DNA of 63,789 nucleotides, filler included, from Octopus bimaculoides (taxonomy: Eukaryota), in assembly GCF_001194135.2 (NCBI RefSeq). It is 8 parts of 8 records of this genome, joined end to end, with 100 filler letters (N's around TTAATTAATTAA, not from the genome) between each part and the next. Parts side by side here need not be neighbours in the genome. Positions count along the whole stretch, not along the records: positions 53,852 to 56,911 come from NC_068997.1; positions 57,012 to 60,802 come from NC_068993.1; positions 60,903 to 63,789 come from NW_026326622.1; 5 more parts are not named here. One strand, written 5' to 3'. The stretch's first letter is position 1, and every line of letters starts with the position of its first letter. The notes under the pieces are model-generated. The model made no database searches and was not told the DNA's origin. It saw only the letters and a list, made by a program, of their open reading frames with translations. A program made the translations under genes and the position numbers. Positions 54,181-63,789 of this stretch are shown piece after piece.

Positions 54181-54530
54181 AGGCGCAGCCGTGGCTGCAT
54201 GGCAAGAAACTTGTTTCTCACCCACATGGTCCATGGTTCAGTCCCACCTTAGCCAAGTGTCTTCTACTATAGCTTCGAGCCGATCGAGTGGATTTGGCTG
54301 AAGGAAACTGAAAGAAGCCCGTCGTATGTGTTTGCTTGTCCCCCGCCCCCAACATCGCTTGACAACCAATGCTGGTGTGTTTACATACCCGTAGCCTAGC
54401 AGTTCGGCAGAAGAGGCCGATAGAATAAGCTCTAGTCTTACAAGGAATAAGTCCTGGGGGTCGATTTCTTCGCCTAAAAGCCAGTGCACCAGCATGGGTA
54501 CAGTCACATGACTAAAACAAGTAAAATAAT
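54181..54530 (+). mobile_element. SINE family A, diverged full-length copy
   Basis: Colinear with 8424-8836. Confidence 0.85.
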
Positions 54531-56063
54531 AAAAGAACACACACATACATATTGTATATATATATATATATATATANNNNNNNNNNNNNNNNNNNNNNNN
54601 NNNNNNNNNNNNNNNNNNNNNNNNNNNNNNNNNNNNNNNNNNNNNNNNNNNNNNNNNNNNNNNNNNNNNNNNNNNNNNNNNNNNNNNNNNNNNNNNNNNN
54701 NNNNNNNNNNNNNNNNNNNNNNNNNNNNNNNNNNNNNNNNNNNNNNNNNNNNNNNNNNNNNNNNNNNNNNNNNNNNNNNNNNNNNNNNNNNNNNNNNNNN
54801 NNNNNNNNNNNNNNNNNNNNNNNNNNNNNNNNNNNNNNNNNNNNNNNNNNNNNNNNNNNNNNNNNNNNNNNNNNNNNNNNNNNNNNNNNNNNNNNNNNNN
54901 NNNNNNNNNNNNNNNNNNNNNNNNNNNNNNNNNNNNNNNNNNNNNNNNNNNNNNNNNNNNNNNNNNNNNNNNNNNNNNNNNNNNNNNNNNNNNNNNNNNN
55001 NNNNNNNNNAATAAGTATTAGTCTTACAAAGAATAAGTCCTGCGGTCGGTTTGTCTGACTAAAAGCGGTACTCCAGCATGGTCGCAGTCAAATTGCTGAA
55101 ACAAGCAAAAGAATCTTTTGTGCTCTAGGCACCAAGCCCGAAATTTGAGGGGAGGGAACCAGTCGATTGGATAGACTCGAGTACGTAACTGGCACTCAAT
55201 TTATCGACCCCGAAAGGCAAAGTCGACTTCGGCGGAATTTGAACTCAGAACGTAAAGACAGACGAAATAGCGCTAAGCATCTCGTCCAGCGTGCTAATGA
55301 AATATGTAAAAGAATAAAAGAATAAAGTACTCGTAGTAGATATCCCTGGGTTCCGGCCTTAATTTTTCCATTCGTTCAATCAGCTGAACTATCAAACTCA
55401 TTAAACTATGGTGTATGGGTTTGAGTATTCCACAGCATCTATATTTTCAAATTTATGTTTAGAAATGTTTTTCATTTATTAGTCGTCAGCATTACGTTAT
55501 ATTACTTTATATATTACTCTATGTTTCTTGCTTATCGAGTTCTTTGTTAGACACCGCTTTCAAAATACAGCCGTGAAACATATTTGATAGGTATTAATGG
55601 TATATGATACTTAACTGATATGATACTTATATTTACGCCCAAAGAGACTAAATTTGAATTTAATCCATGCTCTAGATATTTCGTCCCCCGTTTGATGGTA
55701 TATTTAGATAAAATTCGAAATTGTTTTCATTTGGTGCATTCTGTTAATGAAGATGCTGCGTGTGTTTATGCACCCGAGTACTTCTACACTCGGTGACCAG
55801 AGACCCATATACATCACACTGGAGAAAAATATATTTTAAATTTTAAGACATACGCCTGGAGCTACTTTTAATTCAATTAGTCTAAATAACATAATACATA
55901 CATATATGCACACACACTCACACACATATATATATATACATATATAGATACATACATATACATATGTGTGTGTATACACACATACATATATACATAAACA
56001 TATATATATATATATATATTTATATATACATACACATATATATACACACACAAACACACGCAT

Positions 56064-56094
<31 letters not shown>

Positions 56095-56096
<2 letters not shown>

Positions 56097-56500
56097 ATAG
56101 AGAAAAAGCCGGTTTCTAACCCAGATCCAAGGCTCCTTCATTGGAATTTCAACATCAACCACAGGGTAATTTTGTATGTATGTACGTATGCATGTATGTA
56201 TGTATGTATGTATGTGTGTATGTAAGACACACATGAATATGTGCAAACTTGTATGTTTTGTTTTATGTATGTATTCTCATGCATATAGTCACATATCTAG
56301 ACATGTTCATATATATTTAGATGATAAACTTCAGGAAAGTTTTACAAATTTTCACAGTTCCAGTGATGGATTGGGTCCGTAGTCTTCGAATTAGCTTTCT
56401 CCTTTCTAGTTTTGAGAAGCCTAATTTCTCAAGATTGTCATTTCATCAGTGTGTTACATATTTCAGGACCTCAATAATTGCAGGTATAAACCTGAACTTG
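56095..56500 (+). repeat. Unclassified repeat with internal (TATG)n
   Basis: The gtttctaacc.agat.caaggctccttcattggaatttc motif also occurs at about 11290-11570 (+) and 25480-25580 (-). Confidence 0.7.
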
Positions 56501-56795
56501 TAATCTGGTATGTATGTATGTATGTATGTATGTATGTATGTATGTATGTATGTATGTGTGCGTGCGTGTGTTTGTGCGTCAGTGTTAGTCCCCCACCATC
56601 GTTTGATAACAAATGTTGGTGTGTTTACGTCCCGTAACTTAGCGGTTCGGCATAAGAGACCGATACAAAAAGTACTAGGCTTACAAAGAATAAGTCCTGG
56701 GGTAGATTTGTTCGACTTAAAAACTTTCAAGGCAGTACTCCAGCATGGCCGCAGTCAAATGACTGACAGAAGTTAAAGAATAAAAGAATATATAT

Positions 56796-56830
<35 letters not shown>

Positions 56831-56835
56831 CGTAC

Positions 56836-56866
<31 letters not shown>

Positions 56867-57499
56867 ATATATATATATATACTCATATGTATGTCTGTGT
56901 GTATATATATANNNNNNNNNNNNNNNNNNNNNNNNNNNNNNNNNNNNNNNNNNNNTTAATTAATTAANNNNNNNNNNNNNNNNNNNNNNNNNNNNNNNNN
57001 NNNNNNNNNNNTATATATATATAAAGTTAGCTTCGGTAGGAAGTCATCTTTAGTTAATTGAATATGGCTAGATTCTGGCTTGCGGTAGCAGTACCAACAC
57101 TTTACTCTTCAATAAGTTGTTCTTTCTTCTGGCGTTGAAAATGGAAGCCTTATGTCTTGTATCTGATATTCCTACCTTTTAATTTGTCTACTACATGTAT
57201 CTCGTGTATAAAAATCCTTGGCTGAACGCTAGCGTTAATTAGTTATGTTGTGCTCTTATCCATAGGCAAACCATTTCACTCCCCTTATTAGTTCTTCAAA
57301 GCTAAAAGCCATGTAAAGAAGTTCTTTATGAAAGCATTTCTACAGCTGTCTCGTATAGATATCCATGTTTGAACTTATGATGTTTGCGTCTTCAACATAC
57401 ATCTACCTGCGCGCATTATTTGCTAGCAATGACACAATATTTCGTTTTTCACTAAAAATATTACCAAACATATTAAGATTTTAGAAGTCAATACCATGT

Positions 57500-59475
<1,976 letters not shown>

Positions 59476-61070
59476 TTCTACATTTTAGATTTAGAAAACA
59501 ATAGTCTTACTGATCTATCCTTTAAAAAGTAACCTATCTAATCTTTGAAACGAGATAAATATTCCTAAATTATTTATTAACACAGTAATACCAGCATCTC
59601 CTAATTTTAACCTACCACTCTATTCCATCCATATAACTCACTATACCTCCTTTTTTTTTTATTAATCACAGTCTTATAGATTATAAACTATAGTTCATAA
59701 CTCTTTCTCCTGAAATACCATATTCAATCCTCGAAATGTGAAAAGTATTTCATATATTCACGCAGTAATATAAATATCTTCAAAATATTAGTTTAACTAC
59801 TCTGTTTTACAATTTATATCTTTCTTTTTTCTCTCTAACCAGACCAATTGTAAACGGCACTCTAATACTATTAACAACAGTCCCCCTCCCCTTGACATCT
59901 ACCCAACTAATAAATATTTACCATATATACCTATCCAGATTGATTACTTTACAACAAAGTCCTAACAATATAATAACTACTATCTACTGTTTTTCTTTTT
60001 GTACACATATTGATTATCTTTCTATTAATAATAAATTTTCCAACCATTGCTAACTTTTTANNNNNNNNNNATATATATAAATTTATTCATGTTCTTAATT
60101 ACATGAACACCCTTTTTATATACATGGTCTGCTGGTATGAATGTTTATATTTGTGTGTATATACATGTATTTATCAATACAAACTAATTTATGTGAACTT
60201 TTGATATATAAGGAACCAAAGTAATCGTAATTGGATATGCATATTTATGTTTCGTATGAATATAAATTAATACTGGTAAGCTTTTTAGATTATATATACA
60301 TGTGTATATGTATATTTCACGGATGTAGATATGCATATATTCTTTTTGTATGTACATATATAGATGTATGTGAGTCAATAACTATATTATTCACTTCATG
60401 TCTGAATAATTTCTGGATTCTTTTAATATATCTTTATCTTTTATTTTCCTTGATAATCTAAATTTTAAACAAATTTTAGATAAATTAAACTTTTACTGAA
60501 TATTGTCTTATGTATTTTTATGTTTAGTAAACAAAATTATGCACTTGTCGTCTGAATAACTTTTGATTGGTTAAAAATCACTTTACCTATTAATATTATT
60601 ATCATTCATGTTAACCTAAAGATTTTAGATAAGTTATGAATTTATTTCAATTATTCATATCCTTCGTAATTTTACCTAAGATAAGTTATAAAATGAAAAG
60701 CATATCATAAAATTTTAGACAAAATTATAAATTTATTCTTATCCGCAATAATTTCACCTAAGATAAGGTATAAAGGTAAATAACTCATACATTTATATAT
60801 ATNNNNNNNNNNNNNNNNNNNNNNNNNNNNNNNNNNNNNNNNNNNNTTAATTAATTAANNNNNNNNNNNNNNNNNNNNNNNNNNNNNNNNNNNNNNNNNN
60901 NNTACATCTAGAAACATATATATATATATATGTTTGTGTGTGTGTATGTATGTCTATGTATGTTTGTATGCATATATGTATGTGTATGTGCGCAGAAGCA
61001 ATGATAGATCGTTGACCTACACCATTCAATTTTTTTTCTCTCCGTGTTTTTCTCCTTGTTTTCTCCGTAT

Positions 61071-61107
61071 TCTTTCTGTTGAAAAGCGTAGCTCGAAACG
61101 TTAAAGA
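61071..61107 (+). ncRNA. Hammerhead-like motif with a variant core
   Basis: TCTTT-CTGTTGA-aaAGC(gta)GCTc-GAAA-CGT-T-AAAGA: perfect 5-bp helix I, ACGT palindrome, but A6 replaced by U. Confidence 0.5.
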
Positions 61108-61198
61108 CTTTCTGTATTCCCGAGCGTCATACTAATACATTCTTTTGTTGTTTACACCACCTGCCCTCGTCTGTTGTTGTTTTTTTTCGTACATTCTC

Positions 61199-61263
<65 letters not shown>

Positions 61264-61264
<1 letters not shown>

Positions 61265-61780
61265 GGCGGCTGAAAGACGACGGGACTCCACACGTAATAT
61301 CATGGAAGATCCTAGAAAATCCAGGTCCTTATAGAAAATAGACCAAGCGTTGTAAACTGTGCGTAGCCGAACGGACGAGGACATTAAAGTTCTCCCTCTA
61401 CCCGGGGAACATCCTTAACTCCAGAACGGAAGTCTTCGGATCCTGTTTGTACTTCAGGAAATTCCTGCTGGTAACCTGGAGAATTAACTCGAACATCATC
61501 GATTAATGGTAATGAAAGGGAGAGAATCCCTTGTTATTGACAGAGTAGCGAAGTCTTTTCCACCTCCATTTTCTAGAGAGGCCACTTGCTAGAGAGTTCA
61601 TAAGCGAACGGGTTTTAGTGTCTGAAGGAACGCTGTTAAGCTAAGTGCTTCATGGACGTGAAAAACAGGGTAACCCCAAAGACCGGTCATATCTTTCTCT
61701 CTGTCTCTATCTATATATATCATCGGACTGCCAGCAGTTCACGATGCTTAGCTGGCCGAAACTTCGAAGTCTCTGTCAAC
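61264..61780 (+). mobile_element. 5'-truncated PLE (endonuclease C-terminus plus 3' region)
   Basis: LKDDGTPHVISWKILENPGPYRK*TKRCKLCVAER...ILNSRTEVFGSCLYFRKFLL (61264-61506) matches the PLE C-terminal CxxC...LN.R.E...C pattern. Confidence 0.8.
61738..61775 (+). ncRNA. Decayed hammerhead-like motif at the PLE 3' end
   Basis: ttcacga...gccGAAA followed by the perfect palindrome ACTTCGAAGT and a GUC triplet; core and helix I degenerate. Confidence 0.35.
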
Positions 61781-63140
61781 AACATTCTTGTTTAGGAATA
61801 ATAAATTTGTGCTCTACAAAAGTATAGAACAACCCATCAGATTAATATAGAATTGTTTTTATTATAACCGAACAAAAACAAACATTAACACACACACAAA
61901 CTAGAAGGAAAAACAATATATCTTTTAATACAGGATTACATCATTCAGAAAGCCAACACGCGTTTCCATTACGTAAGCACCTTTAGATATTATTATTCAA
62001 TGTTTACACTATACGAGTCGGTCCATACTTAATCGCCTGTAATTCCAGATATATCTAACAATTTATGCTGACAATTTATTTCATGGCGATCCGCCAGCCC
62101 GTTCTTTTCTGATCTCCAGCGGGCGTGTCGCATTGAAAACATTATATTAGCACAGATTTTTTTTTAATATATCAGGTGTCACAATAGATTCAATGTGACC
62201 GATTATCTTTCCTTTCTTTTTTCTTTTTCTTTTTATTTGTTTCAGCTCTAGAGCTGCAGCCATTCTGGGGGGGGGGGNNNNNNNNNNNNNNNNNNNNNNN
62301 NNNNNNNNNNNNNNNNNNNNNNNNNNNNNNNNNNNNNNNNNNNNNNNNNNNNNNNNNNNNNNNNNNNNNNNNNNNNNNNNNNNNNNNNNNNNNNNNNNNN
62401 NNNNNNNNNNNNNNNNNNNNNNNNNNNNNNNNNNNNNNNNNNNNNNNNNNNNNNNNNNNNNNNNNNNNNNNNNNNNNNNNNNNNNNNNNNNNNNNNNNNN
62501 NNNNNNNNNNNNNNNNNNNNNNNNNNNNNNNNNNNNNNNNNNNNNNNNNNNNNNNNNNNNNNNNNNNNNNNNNNNNNNNNNNNNNNNNNNNNNNNNNNNN
62601 NNNNNNNNNNNNNNNNNNNNNNNNNNNNNNNNNNNNNNNNNNNNNNNNNNNNNNNNNNNNNNNNNNNNNNNNNNNNNNNNNNNNNNNNNNNNNNNNNNNN
62701 NNNNNNNNNNNNNNNNNNNNNNNNNNNNNNNNNNNNNNNNNNNNNNNNNNNNNNNNNNNNNNNNNNNNNNNNNNNNNNNNNNNNNNNNNNNNNNNNNNNN
62801 NNNNNNNNNNNNNNNNNNNNNNNNNNNNNNNNNNNNNNNNNNNNNNNNNNNNNNNNNNNNNNNNNNNNNNNNNNNNNNNNNNNNNNNNNNNNNNNNNNNN
62901 NNNNNNNNNNNNNNNNNNNNNNNNNNNNNNNNNNNNNNNNNNNNNNNNNNNNNNNNNNNNNNNNNNNNNNNNNNNNNNNNNNNNNNNNNNNNNNNNNNNN
63001 NNNNNNNNNNNNNNNNNNNNNNNNNNNNNNNNNNNNNNNNNNNNNNNNNNNNNNNNNNNNNNNNNNNNNNNNNNNNNNNNNNNNNNNNNNNNNNNNNNTA
63101 TATATATATATATATGTATGTATGTATGTATGTATTTGTA

Positions 63141-63219
<79 letters not shown>

Positions 63220-63789
63220 TTGTCTGGCTGGCTGTCTATTTGTGTACATGTGTTCACCTGCGTATGTGTGTGTGTGTTTGTTGCTCCATGAATATTCTCC
63301 TATTTTATATTCAGACTTCGAGACAATATGGCCGTGTTATCAAAGCGTTCCCATCTATTTTAGATTTGTTTTACGTTGTACGACGTGCTTAGCACATGAC
63401 AATCGTTCGTTATATTTTACACGTTGCAATTTACGAAGGAGTGCTGGATTTGTAAAGCTAAACGTAACACACAAAAAGGGGCCATGAGGTCTTTTGACTT
63501 CAGTTTAGTCCAAATCATTGGCAACCAATCTAACAAGTATTTTTCAGACATAACTCTTGACTATTATTCAAAATGATGTTTGAATAGAAGCTTCACACGT
63601 AAATAACTTGTGAATTTGTGAAATTCCGATATAACAAGAAAATGAATCGCAGAATTTTTTCCCATAACCTTACACAGTAAGCTGCTTCCTATCCGGCACA
63701 TCTGAGACCCGAATGTTGCCGGAAAATTGAATTTACTGGATATCTGTACAGCACTTTTTAAATTACCGCAGTACATTACAAAGTTCGTT

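Overview
AT-rich, microsatellite-dense, gap-ridden animal genomic DNA. The repeat landscape suggests an octopus or other coleoid cephalopod (inference). One real gene is supported: a minus-strand rhomboid protease, RHBDD1/RHBDL4. I traced three coding exons (31938-31482, 27689-27543, 27229-27149) with canonical splice sites and an intact Ser152/His203 dyad. There is also a probable upstream exon and CpG-rich promoter at about 33.7-34.3 kb, but the C-terminal exon(s) were not found. The rest is tRNA-derived SINEs (at least three families), LINE relics (Tx1, RLE/R4-Dong-like, RTE, CR1), Penelope-like element (PLE) relics, mariner/hAT/Merlin DNA transposon relics and MITEs, one degenerate tRNA-His, and seven artificial TTAATTAATTAA scaffold linkers. 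The most notable unannotated signal is a set of type I hammerhead ribozyme motifs from several unrelated repeat families, most with a palindromic (dimer-type) helix III. One has an intact catalytic core (20148-20195) and sits just downstream of a PLE YRDD reverse-transcriptase fragment. Another is the 3' module of a tRNA-headed SINE-like element present as a head-to-head palindrome (41980-42535). All alignments, translations and counts were done by eye; family names are motif-based and need database confirmation.
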